A stretch of 63,121 nucleotides of DNA, the filler included, from Hausera hauseri (lineage: Eukaryota), in NCBI GenBank assembly GCA_046269625.1. It is 12 parts of 12 records of this genome, joined end to end, with 100 filler letters (N's around TTAATTAATTAA, not from the genome) between each part and the next. Parts side by side here need not be neighbours in the genome. Positions count along the whole stretch, not along the records: positions 23,481 to 33,657 come from JBJURY010228851.1; positions 33,758 to 39,399 come from JBJURY010215299.1; 10 more parts are not named here. The stretch is one strand, 5' to 3'. The translations under genes and the position numbers were made by a program. Of the stretch, positions 23,481 to 39,260 are shown in pieces (position 1 is the first letter of the stretch; each line of letters begins with the position of its first letter). Below the pieces are notes generated by a model, which worked only from the letters and a program-made list of their open reading frames with translations, was not told where the DNA came from and searched no databases.

Positions 23481-26400
23481 TTTATTGCGTTATACATACA
23501 CGAAACGTTGCAAATACAAGGAATATATGTGCGGAAATTTGGGTAAAATTTGGAAATAAAGCAAACTTGAAATGAATGAGCAAGAAGGCGGTGGTTTCTC
23601 TTGTTGCAAGCGTTTAAATTCTCTGAATTTCTTGCTTTATACATGTATAACACTGTGCAAATACAAGGAAAACATGCGCGGCAATTTGGGAAAAATTTGG
23701 AAATGAAGCAATATGGAAATGTAGGAGCAAGAAGGCGGTGTTTTCTCTTCTTTTAAACGTTTACATACGCTGCATTTTTTGCCCTTTATATGTAAAAATC
23801 GTTGCAAATACAAGGAAAACATGCAAGGCAATTTGGATAAAATTTGGAAATGAAGCAAAATGGAAATGAAGGAGCAAGAAGGCGGTGTTTTGTCTTCTTG
23901 GAAACGTTTAAATGCGCGGCATTTATTGCGTTATACATACACGAAACGTTGCAAATACAAGGAGAACATTTGTTGGAATTTGGATAAAATTTAAAAATGA
24001 AGCAAAATGGAAATGAAGGAGCAAGAAGGCGGTGTTTTCTCTTTGTGCAAGCGTTTAATACGCTGATTTATTTTGTTGTACATATATTATACGTTGCAAA
24101 TACAATGGATGCATGTGCTTCAAATTGGGTAAAGTTTGGAAATGAAGCAATGTGGAAATTACGGAGCAAGAAGGCGGTGTTTCTCTTGTTGCAAGCGTAT
24201 AAGTGGGCCGCATTTTTTGCGTTATACACACACGAAACTTTGCAAATACAAGGAAAACATGTGCGGCAATTTGGATAAAATTTGGAAATGAAGCAATATG
24301 GAAATGTAGGAGCAAGTAGGCGGTGTTTTCTCTTCTTTTAAACGTTTAAATACGCTGCATTTTTTGCCCTTTATATGTAAAATACGTTGCAAATACAAAG
24401 AAAACATGCACGGCAATTTGGATAAACTTTGGATATGAAGCAAAATGGAAATGAAGGAGCAAGAAGGCGGTGTTTTGTCTTTTTGCAAACGTTTAAATGC
24501 GCGGCATTTATTGCGTAATACATACACGAAACTTTGCAAATACAAGGAGACCATGTGCTGCAATTTGGGTAAAGTTTGAAAATGAAGCAATATGGAAATA
24601 AAGGAGCAAGAAGACGGTGTTTTCTCTTCTTGTAAACGTTTAAATACGCTGCATTTATTGCGCTGTACATGTAAAAAACGTTGCAAATACAAGGAAAACA
24701 TGCACGACAATTTGGATAAAATTTGGAAATGAAGCAAAATGGAAATGATTGAGCAAGAAGGCGGTGGTTTCTCTTGTTGCAAGCGTTTAAATGCTCTGAA
24801 TTTCTTGCTTTATACATGTATAACACTTTGCAAATACAAGTAAAACATGTACGGCAATTCGGGTAAAATTTGGAAATGAAGCAAAATGGAAATGAAGGAG
24901 CAAGATGGCGGGGTTTTCTCTTGTTGCAAACGTTTAAATGCGCTGCATTTATTGCGCTCTACATGTATAAATCGTTGCAAATAGAAGGAAATCATGAACG
25001 GCAATTTGGATAAAATTTGGAAATGAAGCAAAATGGAAATGAAGGAGCAAGAATGTGGTGTTTTCTCATGTTGCAAATGTTTAAATACGCTGCATTTATT
25101 GCGTTATACATACACGAAACGTTGCAAATACAAGGAATATATGTGCGGAAATTTGGGTAAAATTTGGAAATGAAGCAAGCTTGAAATGAAGGAGCAAGAA
25201 GGCTGTGGTTTCTCTTGTTGCAAGCGTTTAAATGCTCTGAATTTCTTGCTTTATACATGTATAACACTTTGCAAATACAAAGAAAACATGTGCGGCAATT
25301 TGGGGAAAATTTGGAAATGAAGCAATATGGAAATGTAGGAGCAAAAAAGCGTGTTTTCCTCTTGTTGCAAACGTTTAAGTACGCTGCATTTATTGCGTTG
25401 TGCATGTAAAAAACGTTGCAAATACAAGGAAAACATGTACGGCAATTTGAATAAAATTTGGAAATGAAGAAAAATGGAAATGAAGGAGCAAGAAGACGGT
25501 GTTTTGTCTTCTTGCAAACGTTTAAATGCGCGGCATTTTTTGCCCTTTATATGTAAAAAACGTTGCAAATACAAGGAAAACATGCACGGCAATTTGGATA
25601 AAATTTGGAAATGAAGCAAAATGGAAATGAAGGAGCAAGAAGACGGTGTTTTGTCTTCTTGCAAACGTTTAAATGCGCGGCATTTATTGCCTTATACATA
25701 CATGAAACGTTGCAAATACAAGGAAAACATGTGCTGCAATTTGGGTAAAGTTTGGAATTGAAGCAATATGGAAATAAAGGAGCAAGAAGGCGTTGTTTTC
25801 TCTTCTTGCAAACGTTTAAATCCGCGGCATTTATTGCGTTATACATACATGAAACGTTGCAAATACAAGGAAAACGTGCACGGCAATTTGGATAAAGTTT
25901 GGAAATGAAGCAAATTTATTGTGTTGTACATATATTATACGTTGCAAATACAATGGATGCATGTGCGGCAATTTAAGTAAAGTTTGGAAATGAAGCAATA
26001 TGGAAATGAAGGAGCAAGTAGGCGGTGTTTCCTCTTGTTGCAAACGTTTAAATACTCTGCATTTATTGCGTTATACATACACGAAACGTTGCAAATACAA
26101 GGAGAACCTGTGTTGGAATTTGGATAAAATTTGGAAATGAAGCAAAATGGAAATTAAGGAGCAAGAAGGCAATGTTTTCTCTTGTTGCAAACGTCTACAT
26201 GCGCTGCATTTATTGCGCTCTACATGTATAAATCTTTGGAAATACAAGCAAATCATGTACGGCAATTTGGATAGAATTTGGAAATGAAGAAAAATGGAAA
26301 TGGAAGAGCAAGAAGGCGGTGTTTTCTCTTGTTGTTAACTTTTAAATACGCTACATTTATTGCGCTATACATAAAAAAAAACGTTGCGCATTAAAGAAAA

Positions 26401-29400
26401 ACATGTATTGCAATTTGAGTAAAATTTGGAAATGAAGCAAAATGGCAATGAAGGAGCAAAAAAGCGTGGTTTCCTCTTGTTGCAAACTTTCAAATACGCT
26501 GCATTTATTGTGCTGTGCATATACTACACGTTGCAGATACAAGGAAAACATTTGCGGCAATTTGTATAAAATTTGGAAATGAAGCAAAATAGAAATGAAG
26601 GATCAAGAAGGCGGTGTTTTCTCTTGTTGCAAACATTTTAGTGCGCCAAATTTATTGCGCTATACATACATTAAACGTTACAAATACAAGTAACACATGT
26701 AAGGCAATTTGGATAAAATTTGGAAATGAAACAAAATGGAAATGAAGGAGCAAGAAGGAGGTGTGTTCTCTTGTTGCAAACGTTTAAATGCGCTGCATTT
26801 ATTCCGCACTACATGTGGAGAACTTTGGAAATACAAGGAAAACATGTACGGCAATTTGGATAGAATTTGGAAATGAAGCAAAATGGAAATGAAAGAGCAA
26901 GAAGGCGGTGTTTTCTCTTGTTGTAAGCGTTTAAGTGCGCTGCATTTATTGCGTTGTACATGTATAAAACATTGCAAATACTAGGAAAACATGTACGGCA
27001 ATTTGAATAATATTTGGAAATGAAGCAAAATTGAAATAAAGGAGCAAAAAAGCCTGGTTTCCTCTTGTTGCAAACGTTCAAATATGCTGCATTTATTGTG
27101 TTTTGCATATACTACACGTTGCAAATACAAGGAAAACCTTTGCGGCATTTTGTATAAAATTTGGAAATGGAGCAAAATTGCAATGAAGGATCAAGAAGGC
27201 TGTGTTTTCTCTTGTGGCAAACATTTTAGTGCGCCGAATTTATTGCCCTATTCATACATCAAACGTTGCAAATACAAGGAAAACATGTACGGCAATTTGG
27301 GTAGAATTTGAAAATGAAGCAAAATGGACATGAAGGAGCAAGAATGCGGTGTTTTCTCTTGTTGCAAACGTGCTAGTTTGCCGACTATATTGCGTTATGC
27401 ATATACGACTCTTTGCAAATACAATGGAAACATGTGCTGCAATTTGAGTAATGTTTGGAAATGAAGCAATATGGAAATGAAGTAGCAAGAAGGCGGTGTT
27501 TTCTCTTGTTGTAAACGTTTAAGTGCGCTGCATTTATTGCGTTGTACATGTAAAAAACATTGCAAATACTAGGAAAACATGTACGGCAATTTGAATAATA
27601 TTTGGAAATGAAGCAAAATGGAAATGAAGGAGCAAGAAAGCGGTGTTTTCTCTTGTTGCAAACGTTTAAATGCGCTGCATTTATTGCGCTGTACATGAAA
27701 AAAACGTTGCAAATACAAGGAAATCATGTACGGCAATTTGGATAAAATTTGGAAATGAAGCAAAATGGAAATGCAGGAGCAAGAAGTCGATGTTTTCTCT
27801 TGTTGCAAACGTTTAAATGCGCTGAATTTTTTGCGCTATATATGTATAAATTTGTGCAAATACAAGGAAAACATGCGCGGCAATTTTGACAAAATTTGGA
27901 AATAAAGCAAAGTGGAAATGATGAGCAAGAACGCGGGGTTTTCTCTTGTTGCAAACGTTTATTGCGCGAATTTGTTGCAATATGCACGCATGAAACGTTG
28001 CAAATACAATGAACTCATGTACGGAAATTTGGATAAAATTTGGAAATGAAGAAAAATGGAAATGAAGGAGCAGGAAGGTGGTGTTTTCTCTTGTGGCATA
28101 CTTTTCATTGCGCCGAATGTATTGCGCTATGCATACATGAAACGTAGCAAATACAAGGAAAAGTGTGCGCAAATTTGGGCAAAATTTGGAAATGAAGCAA
28201 AATGGAAACGAAGGAGCAAGAAGGCGGTATTTTCTCTTCTTAAAAACGTTTAAATACGCTGCACTTATTGTGCTATATATGTAAGAAACGTTGCAAGTAT
28301 AACGAGAACATGCACGGCAATTTGGGTAAAATTTGGAAATGAAACAAAATGGCAACGTAGGAGCAAGAAGGCGGGGTTTTTCTTGTTATAAACGTTTAAA
28401 TACGCTGCATATATGGTGCTATATATGTAAAAAACGTTGCATATATAAGGAAAACATGCACGGCAATTTGGATAAAATTTGGAAATGAAGCAAAGTGGAA
28501 ATGAATCAGCAAGAAGGCGGTGGTTTCTTTTGTTGCAAACATTTATGTACGTTTGTTTTAATGCACTGTCACGTAAAAGCTTTGCAAATACAAGGAAACA
28601 TGTTCTGCATTGGGTAAAATTTGGAAATGAAGGAGAATGGAAATGATTGAGCAAGATGGAGGTGTTTTATCTTGTTGCAAACGTTTATATGCACTGAATT
28701 AATGGCGTTATAAATGTATAAAACTTTGCATATACAAGGAATACATATACAGCAATTTGGGTAAAATTTGGAAATGAAGCAAAAGGGAAATGAAGGAGCA
28801 AGTAGGCCGTGTTTTCTCTGGTTGCAAACGTTTAAATACGCAGCATTTATTGCGTTATACATATGCGATACGCTGGAAATACAAAGAAATCATATGCTGA
28901 AATTTGGATAAAATTGGGAATGAAGCAAAATGGAAATGAAAGAGCAAGATGGCGATGTTTTCTTTTATTTAAAACCTTACATACCCTGCCTTTATTGCGT
29001 TATACATATGCGATACGTTGCAAATAAAGGAAATAAGGTGCGGCAATATTGGGTAAAACTTGGAAATGAAGCAAAATGGAAATGAAGGAGCAAGTAGGCG
29101 GTGTTTTCTCTTGTTGCAAACCTTTAAATACACAGCATTTATTGCGTAATACATATGCGATACGTTGGAAATACAAGGAAATCATAGGTGGAAAATTGGG
29201 TAAAATTTGGAAATGAAGCAAAATGGAAATGAAGGAGCAAGATGGCGGTGGTTTCTCTTGTTGCAAACGTTCAAATACACTGCACTTATTGTACTATATA
29301 TGTAAAAAACGTTGCAAATACAAGGAAAACATGTGCGGCAATTTGGGTAAAATTTGGAAATGAAGCTAAATGGAAATGAAGGAGCAAGAAGGCGGTGGTT

Positions 29401-32014
29401 TCTCTTGTTGCAATCGTTTAAATGCGCTGCATTTCTTGCGTTATACATGTATAATACTTTGCAAATACAAGGAAAACATGCGCGGAAATTTGTGTATAAT
29501 TTGGAACTGAAGCAAAGTGGACATGAAAGATCAAGAAGACGGTGTTTTCTCTTGTTGCAAACGTTTAAATTCTCTTCTTTTATTGTGTTAAATATGTAGT
29601 TACGTTGCAAATACAAGAAAGGCATGTAAGGCAATTTGGGTAAAATTTGGAAATGAAGCAGAATGGAAATGAAGGAGCAAGTAGGCGGTGTTTTCGCTTT
29701 TGAAAACATTTATATAAGTTTCTTTTAATACTCTGTACATGTAAAAGCGTTGCAAATACAAGGAAACACGTGCTGCATTGGGTGAAATTTGGAAATGAAG
29801 CAAAATGGTAAGGAAGGAGCAAGATGGCTGTGTTTTCTCTTGCTGTAAATGTTTATATGCGCTGAATTAATAGCCTTATACATGTATGAAACGTTGCAAA
29901 TGCAAGGAAAACATGTGCGAAAATTTGGGGAAAGTTTGGAAACAAAGCAAAGTGGAAAAAAAAGACCAAGAAGGAGGTTTTTTCTCTTGTTGCAAACGTT
30001 TAAATGCGCTGAAATTCTTGCGTCATACATGTAAAATACATTGCAAATACAAGGAAAACATGTTCGGAAATTTGGGTAAAATTTGGAAATGAAGCTAAAT
30101 GGAAATGAAGGAGCAAGAAGGCGGTGTTTTCTCTTGTTGCAAATATTTATATACGTTTCTTTTAATGCGCTGTTCATGTAAAAGCGTTGCAAATACAAGG
30201 AAACATGTGCTGCGTTAGGTAAAATTTGGAAATGAAGCAAAATGGAAATGAAGGAGCAAGAAGGCTGTGTTTTCTCTTGTTGCAAATATTTATATACGTT
30301 GCTTTTAATGCGCTGTACATATAAAAGCATTACAAATACAAGGAAACATGTGTTGAATTGGGTGAAATTTTGATATGAAGCAAAATGAAAATGAACGAGC
30401 AAGAAGTCTGTGTTTTCTCTTGTTGCAAACGTGTTACTGCGCCGATTATATTGCGTTATACATACACGACACTTTGCAAATACAAGCTAAATATGTGCGG
30501 CAATTTGGATAAAATTTGGAATTGAAGCAAAATGGAAATAAAGTAGCAAGAAGGTGGTGTTTTCTCTTGTAGCATACATTTTATTGCGCCGAATGTATTG
30601 CGCTATGCATACATGAAACGTTGCAAATACAAGGAAAACATGCACGGCAATTTGGATAGAATTTGGAAATGAAGCAAAATGGAAATGAAGGAGCAAGAAT
30701 GCGGGGTTTTCTCTTGTTGCAAACGTTTAAATTTTCTTCTTTTATTGTGTTAAATATGTAATTACGTTGCAAATACGAGGAAAACATGTACGGCAATTTG
30801 TGCAAAATTTGGAAATGAAGCAAAGTGGAAATGAAGGAGCAAGAAGGCGGTGGTTTCTCTTGTTGAAAACGTTTAAATGCGCCGAATTGCTTGCGTTATA
30901 TATGTATAATACTTTGGAAATACAAGGAAAACATGTACGGCAATTTGTGTAAAATTTGGAAATGAAGCAAAATGGAAATGAAGGAGCAAGAAGGCGGTGG
31001 TTTCTCTTGTTGAAAACGTTTAAATGCGCCGAATTTCTTGCGTTATATATGTATAATACTTTGCAAATACAAGGAAAACATGTACGGCAATTTGGGTAAA
31101 ATTTGGAAATGAAGCAAAATGGAAATGAAGGAGCAAAAAGGCGGTGGTTTCTCTTGTTGCAAACATTTATGTACGTTTGTTTTAATGCGCTGTCACGTAA
31201 AAGCTTTGCAAATACAAGGAAACATGTGCTGTTTGGGTGAAATTTGGAAATAAAGCAAAATGGAAATAAAGGAGCAAGAAGGCGGTGTTTTCTCTTGTTG
31301 CAAACATTTATATACGTTTCTTTTAATGCTCTGTACATATAAAAGCATTGCAAATACAAGGAAACATGTGTTGAATTGGGTGAAATTTGGAAATGAAGCA
31401 AAGTGGAAATGAAAGAGCAAGATTGCGGTGGTTTCTCTTGTTGCAAGCGTTTAAATGCGCTGAATTTCTTGCATTATACTTGTATAATACTTTGCAAATA
31501 CAAGGAAAACAAGTACAGCAATTTGGGTAAAATTTGTAAATGAAGCAAAATGCAAATGGAGGAGCAAGAATGTAGTGTTTTCTATTGTTGCAGACGCTTA
31601 AATTCTATTATTTTAGTCTGCCATATATGTAATTACGTTGCAAATACAAGGAAAACATGTGTGGCAATTTGGGTAAAATTTGGAAATGAAGCAAAATGGA
31701 AATGAAGGAGCAAGAATGTAGTGTTTTNNNNNNNNNNNNNNNNNNNNNNNNNNNNNNNNNNNNNNNNNNNNNNNNNNNNNNNNNNNNNNNNNNNNNNNNN
31801 NNNNNNNNNNNNNNNNNNNNNNNNNNNTGAAGCAAAATGGAAATGAAGGAGCAAGAATGTAGTGTTTTCTATTGTTGCAGACGCTTAAATACTATTCTTT
31901 TAGTGTGCTATATATGTAATTACGTTGCAAATACAAGGAAAGCATGTGTGGCAATTTGGGTAAAATTTGGAAATGAAGCAAAATGGAAATGAAGTAGCAA
32001 GAAGGTGCTGTTTT
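23481..32014. repeat. 147-bp satellite array, about 58 units, with a 100-N gap at 31728-31827
   Basis: TGCAAATACAAGG recurs at 23509 and 23656 (period 147). Unit core AAATTTGGAAATGAAGCAAAATGGAAATGAAGGAGCAAGAAGGCGGTGTTTTCTCTTGTTGCAAACGTTTAAA. Confidence 0.96.
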
Positions 32015-32328
32015 GTATTGCCTGTGGTTACATTGTTCCTAGTGGTGAAAATGCATTAAGAAGAAGTCCAAATTATGTAGTCAACAACAGTGTAATATGG
32101 AAAATGTAAGTAAACATGAGGAGAATACAGAGCAAATCTCTGTCACCAAAACCAGGAGGTCAGGCTGTATTTAAATATTGATCTTGCACAAGCACATGTA
32201 ATGTGAACTTCATCTAATCCAAGCGCTTACAAGATAAACACACTTATTTGGTAAAATTATTGACTACTATTACAAGAAAAACCTCAGAAAAACTTTGCTC
32301 TCTCTCCAGCTGGAGCATTCAGACCTAC

Positions 32329-33618
<1,290 letters not shown>

Positions 33619-34958
33619 CTAACTGACTGATGTGTTTTCTTGAGGACTTGATTATTTNNNNNNNNNNNNNNNNNNNNNNNNNNNNNNNNNNNNNNNNNNN
33701 NTTAATTAATTAANNNNNNNNNNNNNNNNNNNNNNNNNNNNNNNNNNNNNNNNNNNNATTACGCAGGAAGTCCGTCTTTAATCCGGTTCATATACATTTC
33801 TATGTCTATGCATAAACACTTGTAAAACGATATGATTTTAGTTTCCGATTTCGTTTTCCCACATCTTAATTTTCCATTAAAGGACTTTCTTTTAATAATG
33901 TTCATGAAACTGAGTTTGACCCGGCTGGCTTAGATCAAAACCGTTCATATGTTAGAATGGCCTAATTAAAGTCATGGCTGAAAACCAACTGAGATTAGCT
34001 CACATTCAGTCAGACAATCGGCATAAAATGGGGAAAACAAAAACAATCAGTCTATGGATTTGCAGACCTTAGCAAAATGTCCCTAGGCTCAAACTGTTTT
34101 CCTTTTCTAAAGTCTTGTCACTGAACACTTCAGGACATTCTTTGTCAATACCCAAACTCATCAGAGGGATTTGGTAACAGAAGATGGACCACAATATTGG
34201 TTACATTACCATAATAATATGGCTGATTGGTACAAAAAAAAGTATTTAAGAATAAAAATAAACTCCTACAGGCTCTTCTCATCACTTACTCTGCAAATTG
34301 TTAAATGGTTAAAGTATTTCTATAATTGCAGCAGTAAAGCCAACATGAACAATAAAAATGGAAATTCGATTTAACAAAATACTGTTTAAAAAGAAACGAA
34401 AAAATTATTTTTGAAGTGTGAAAACATCGCAACATTTAGAAAAGTAAATGTTTCTTAAATAATTTCATATTTTGTAATGTGCAGTTGATACACAATTAAA
34501 TATTTGAGAAAGAAATTCAGATATCTACAATGCAGTTAACGATTTTGAACTTAAAATAGTTAAATTTTCATATTATTAGTCAGCATAAAACTTTGTACTT
34601 AAAAATGGATTCTTTCAAAATCCATATATTTAACAATTCTCATACTGCAATATTTATATTTATATATTAAGGTGTTTCACGCTCAGATTTACAACCACTT
34701 TCAATTGCTTTCGAATGAACTTTTACTCTGTTTTTATCGTAATAAAACGGTTTTGATGGACAGTATAGAAAAGTTTTGTCCAAACAGTTTTGTAATAATT
34801 AATAAAACTCATTTGTGTATTCCAATACATACAGTAAGAATGAAAAATGAATTTTTGTCATTATTAAAGTAGTGGAAATTTGTCATTTGAAGACAAATAA
34901 TGTACATAAAATCAATTACTCACAATTACTTTCAATGAAATTATTTAGTCGTACTAGG

Positions 34959-35272
34959 TTCTATGGAACAATGGGGTACATTGCTCCAGAAATGATTCAA
35001 CCTATTACTTAAAGCACCAAAGTAGGCATTTGGTCGTGTGATATTTCTTTGTATAAATTCATAATGGGATGTCTGAATGTCATTCGGCTGTGACAAAAAT
35101 CCAATTGGGAAATGTGGACTCTACTTGTGACAAATTGTGTGAAGATGTGACGAATCTCATTCGAAAGAATATTTAATATTAATATGAATTGTACATTACT
35201 TGGAGTAATTCAGATATTAAAAGGCAATCCAACAGACAAGCCATCTATTGATCAAATTCTTTCACATCGATT
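34959..35272 (+). pseudogene. Ser/Thr protein kinase C-lobe relic
   Basis: FYGTMGYIAPEMI..*STKVGIWSC (subdomains VIII-IX) and NPTDKPSIDQILSHRF (subdomain XI), with stops and frameshifts. Confidence 0.65.
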
Positions 35273-35899
35273 TGGTGAAACATTTACCGAAAAAGACCTG
35301 ACGTAGTGCAAAGCTGGCGAGGAATGTTTCCAATCTATTCTTAATGAATTAAAGAATTATTGATGATTTTCAGATGTCCTATTATTTTGCTCAATAAAAT
35401 TCCGTGTTTAATTTCTTTTTATTTTGTTAAAAATAAGTATTTTAATTATTATTTGAAANNNNNNNNNNTTTTGTTGCGAGGGGATCAAATACTTGTGTTC
35501 TAGGGTCTTTGTTTTAGGGGATTGGAATAGTGAAACCCATTTGGCACCAAATGTCTATGTTTTTTGGGGGTCTACCGAACGCTGCTTTCTAATTGGCTGA
35601 TTTCCATACCCCCGGTGACTAGTCCCCCTGATAGGTTACTTTCCTTCCGTGGGGAGGTTGGTGCTACGTCCGCACTTCTATCTACTCATAATATAGACGC
35701 CTCGCGATCTGACCATTGTAAGATGGCGAAAAAGGACGCGAAACGCCTTGTTAAAACTGTGTAACTGAAAAATCTGTCAAACTGTACGAAGTTTTATTGT
35801 CACTGTACGTCAACGACAACGGCGTAATCTGAATCTAATAGTAAAGTGGAATTATGAGGAAACCATCATAAGCATTAACGCCTAACAAAATGATATATT

Positions 35900-36230
35900 T
35901 CAACTACACAAAGCTGTTGTACAAAAAAAACAAAAAGCGTTCAGCAATTGTTGCTCATACAAGTGTTTGTAATGTAACCCACAATAAACTGTAATGATGG
36001 ATAGTAAAATACTGGCCGGTCGAATACTTTGACGATGGTCGGATGTACGTAAACAGTGTACGTAACCAATGTTCGCCCGGTAACGATGCCGTGTGTACTG
36101 ACAAGAAAACAACCAGTTTGTCGTAAGTCACGTGGCACACGGTCCAGTGGAAACACCACGAAAATTCACACCCATAAGCAGTTTTCCGCAATGATTGAGA
36201 TCAGTGGAGCTAAATTTAAAACGTGATTTA
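35900..36230 (-). pseudogene. Polinton adenain-like cysteine protease relic
   Basis: FRGVFPLDRVP...GCFLVSTH / SLPGEHWL / VKVFD pieces in alternating frames, directly downstream of the major capsid gene. Confidence 0.6.
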
Positions 36231-36291
36231 AGCATAATAATGATAATAAATTACTTCATGGTACTAAGGAAGAAGAGACATCGCATTTTAT

Positions 36292-37290
36292 TTACACAAT
36301 GACGGTTCCACTTTGCATTATTTCCACTTCGGCATCAAATAAACCGTAAAAGTACATTACGGTAGACTCTTCTAGCGCTTTAGCAAGGTGAACTTCTAAT
36401 TTCGGGTTTCCCTGTTGCGGTAGTTGAGTCTGTTCAACGTTATAATCTGGAGTCAAAACAAATGTAAAGAACTGATATGCGGATGTTAACAAATCCATTG
36501 ACATGCCATTGTTGTGATTTTTGTTCAGCAAGCTCATGTTGCGTACGATAGATTGCATATGTACAAACATGATTATCAGTCTCAAAATTTTGCTTATACG
36601 TCTCAACGAAATCCTCATTCTTGCCCAAACTGATATAATTCACATTACTATGGGTAAACGTTTCTGACTCTGTGGTGTAACTGCCGGTTTGTTGAGTAGT
36701 CGATTGAAATGTAACAAACACAAATTTTGGCAATCACATATCGCCAAACAGCGCGTCCTTATAAAACGATGTCGAACTTTTGGGTTTGGTGTAAAACACA
36801 AGTTTTGTGCATTGTAATAGGTAACAGGCGTTTTTTGTTTCCAAACCCAATTGGTGGTCCATGAGCACAGATGATTCTACCTTTACACGACGTACATATT
36901 ATCATGCCTCTGTTATTTTCGGTATGGGCTTAAGATTTGCAACTGTAGTTTTCAGCCAAAGACATTGTCGCTGCGTTTGAAGAGAATCATGGCTTTAACA
37001 CCAGGCAGTAGGCATTTCGACTGATCAGAAACGTCAAAATGCAGTGGTCCACACATTGTAAATGCTTTCGATTCTGCCACCCATTTCTGACGGTTTGCTG
37101 CTACAGCATCGTATTCGATGGCTTTCAAATGAGTCGTTTTAGTGCGTGTACTGTAATTAAACGCCGTTTCAATGCGATATTTTATACTATACAGACTGGT
37201 ATTGCCTTTGATTTTAACACTGTTCAGAGTCACTGAAGCTTGCTGAAACAGTGTGAGGAAAAAGTAATTGGCCAACAGTTGTGACAATGT
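36292..37290 (-). pseudogene. Polinton/adintovirus major capsid protein (hexon-like double jelly-roll), fragmented
   Basis: NYFFLTLFQQASVTLN; IETAFNYS; GPLHFDVSDQSKCLLPGV; YVRRVKVESSVL; LPKFVFVTFQ; FTFVLTPD...QQGNPKLEVHLAKALEES...FDAEVEI. Confidence 0.85.
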
Positions 37291-38019
37291 CGGTTGCAGC
37301 GAGAACCGTTGATTGCACGGAGTAGCGGTACACGTACTCCACCGACCAAAATCGGTTCGGCGACATTCGTTTAAATGTACATTAGATGTAGTCCGTTTTT
37401 CAGTTTTGGTTTAAGCGTCGCAACATGTATTTTGTTCCTCTCAAACCGCTGTTTTTCAAAACCGAATACCATGGCCAAAGCTTTATACAATGAAATTTCG
37501 ACCACGTCCTTACACAGCTCAAATGTGATAGTCATTCGTATCTGACGTTAAAGCTTTAAATGTGTATTGGTACTTTTTAGCGTAAAAATGTCGAATGAGA
37601 TACACTAAAGATTCACAATACACACATTATCCTCAATTTCGATAGATGCATCATGCACCGTTGATATATCTTGTCCACTAAATATAATGTTCACATATGT
37701 TCCTAGGTATGTATTTTGTGCGATGACATCATCAGCAACAATGCTTTCACTTTGATTTCTGTAGTTTTGAATCCAATTTTTTTACAACTTCAATAGAATT
37801 GAAGAGGACCGTAAATTCACTTTTCTAATAAAACTGTACTTTTCCACATTTTAATTACACGGATTTTGTCTTCTTTTGTACTCTTAATAAAGTCGCTCGT
37901 ACAAACATAAGAGGTTCTGACCCACAGTTTATTATTTTCACATATTAGTTAGCATGGTTCACTTGCCTTGGCCCGGTAAATTGTGCAGTTATGTATTTTC
38001 ATATTGCCTTTAAATGTCA

Positions 38020-38170
38020 ACGGTGCGTAAGGAAAGTTAAATTCCGTTAGTGCAACCTTTCATTGACCGGATAAATCTATCGAATTATCTCAGTATACAA
38101 CATATTGACTAGCCGAATTGTTCAGACGAGTCGTCGGACAACTGCTGCTCGACAACACCATGTAAAGACT
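38020..38170 (-). pseudogene. Second penton/minor-capsid-like gene, N-terminal relic (absent from the ORF track)
   Basis: Manual translation: SLYMVLSSSSCPTTRLNNSASQYVVY*DNSIDLSGQ*KVALTEFNFPY. Confidence 0.65.
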
Positions 38171-38651
38171 AATATGCACACTGGTGATGATGATGTTTGT
38201 TTACTGTCGATGCCAAAAATATAGCGTTAAATGTGTCGTTGACCCGAAAAGAAATTTACCGGGTTTCCAAAATTCGTCTAGCATGTGCACCAAAATACTG
38301 TGCACAACATTGTAAGATAACGATAAATACATAGGTCTGATTGTAGAAATGTGAGTAGTTTCGCCGGCTGTTTTGTACGTGTCAGAATCCAGTGCAATAA
38401 AAGCCAGTAGTTGTTTACGTTCTCCGTCAACAAACAGGTTCGGTCAGATCCGTTAAAATGTTGATTTGATGAAATGCTTCATAGAGTCGTGATTACTATT
38501 TAAAGAAAATAGCTCGACCGCCGCCGGTTTGACCGAATTCGCGTTTCTTAAAGCCAAGATTCCGTGTCAATAGTTCATAGAAGTCAAAATATCATGTACT
38601 GTAAACGAAATACGACCGTCAGTGTTTAATTCAAATGTCTTTAGAGCTAAT

Positions 38652-39260
38652 CTAGCCACTTCTCTTATGATATACACACAATTCCGTTTCTGATTCCAAC
38701 CGTAAACCGTATCCAGTAGTATACGAGTAAAAGATTGATTTTATCATTTGCCAGTTCACCTTAATATCGGTTTTCATGGGTTTGGAAAATTTAAATTTTA
38801 CGTCACTAGCTATGACATGTCTACCTAGATTCAAACCTATCGAGCACACATTGATGGGTTGAAAACCCCTTGTTTGAGCATCAGCTATGGATTTAAATAG
38901 CATTTCAATTGGATATCGGTGTTTCAGAAACAAACGACTGTTTAAATAAAAAATATAAATCGGGAAATATTGACCTTGGTAATTGCGAACGTGAAATGTT
39001 CCATTAGAGTCTCGGACTAACTGTAAACGCCTAGATGCAGAAGACTGTCTTACTAGTGTATAGTATATTACACTGTTCTCAAGTATTGTTATTGGTGAAA
39101 ATGTAAACGCGAATTCCACCAAAGCTACTTCCCAGGTTCCCTGGCGTAAGTCGAGCGACTGGTCCAACACCGTGATAAACCGTTCAGCGGTATTTTTGTT
39201 GTTGTTGTTGTCATCTTCTGATAATCTGTTACTATCAAGTATCAAATAAATGCTCATCAC
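38652..39260 (-). pseudogene. Polinton penton/minor capsid protein (N-terminal part)
   Basis: IYLILDSN...NTAERFITVLDQSLDLRQGTWEVALVEFAF matches the Maverick minor-capsid N-terminal pattern (YxxLxSN...N...F...L.L.G.WEVAL.E). Confidence 0.75.

Noticed and set aside
23429-31854. Dozens of Cys/Phe-rich ORFs with a 49-aa periodicity
   Set aside because: They are translations of the 147-bp satellite (147 = 49 codons). They appear in all frames, are broken at random and show no frame preference.
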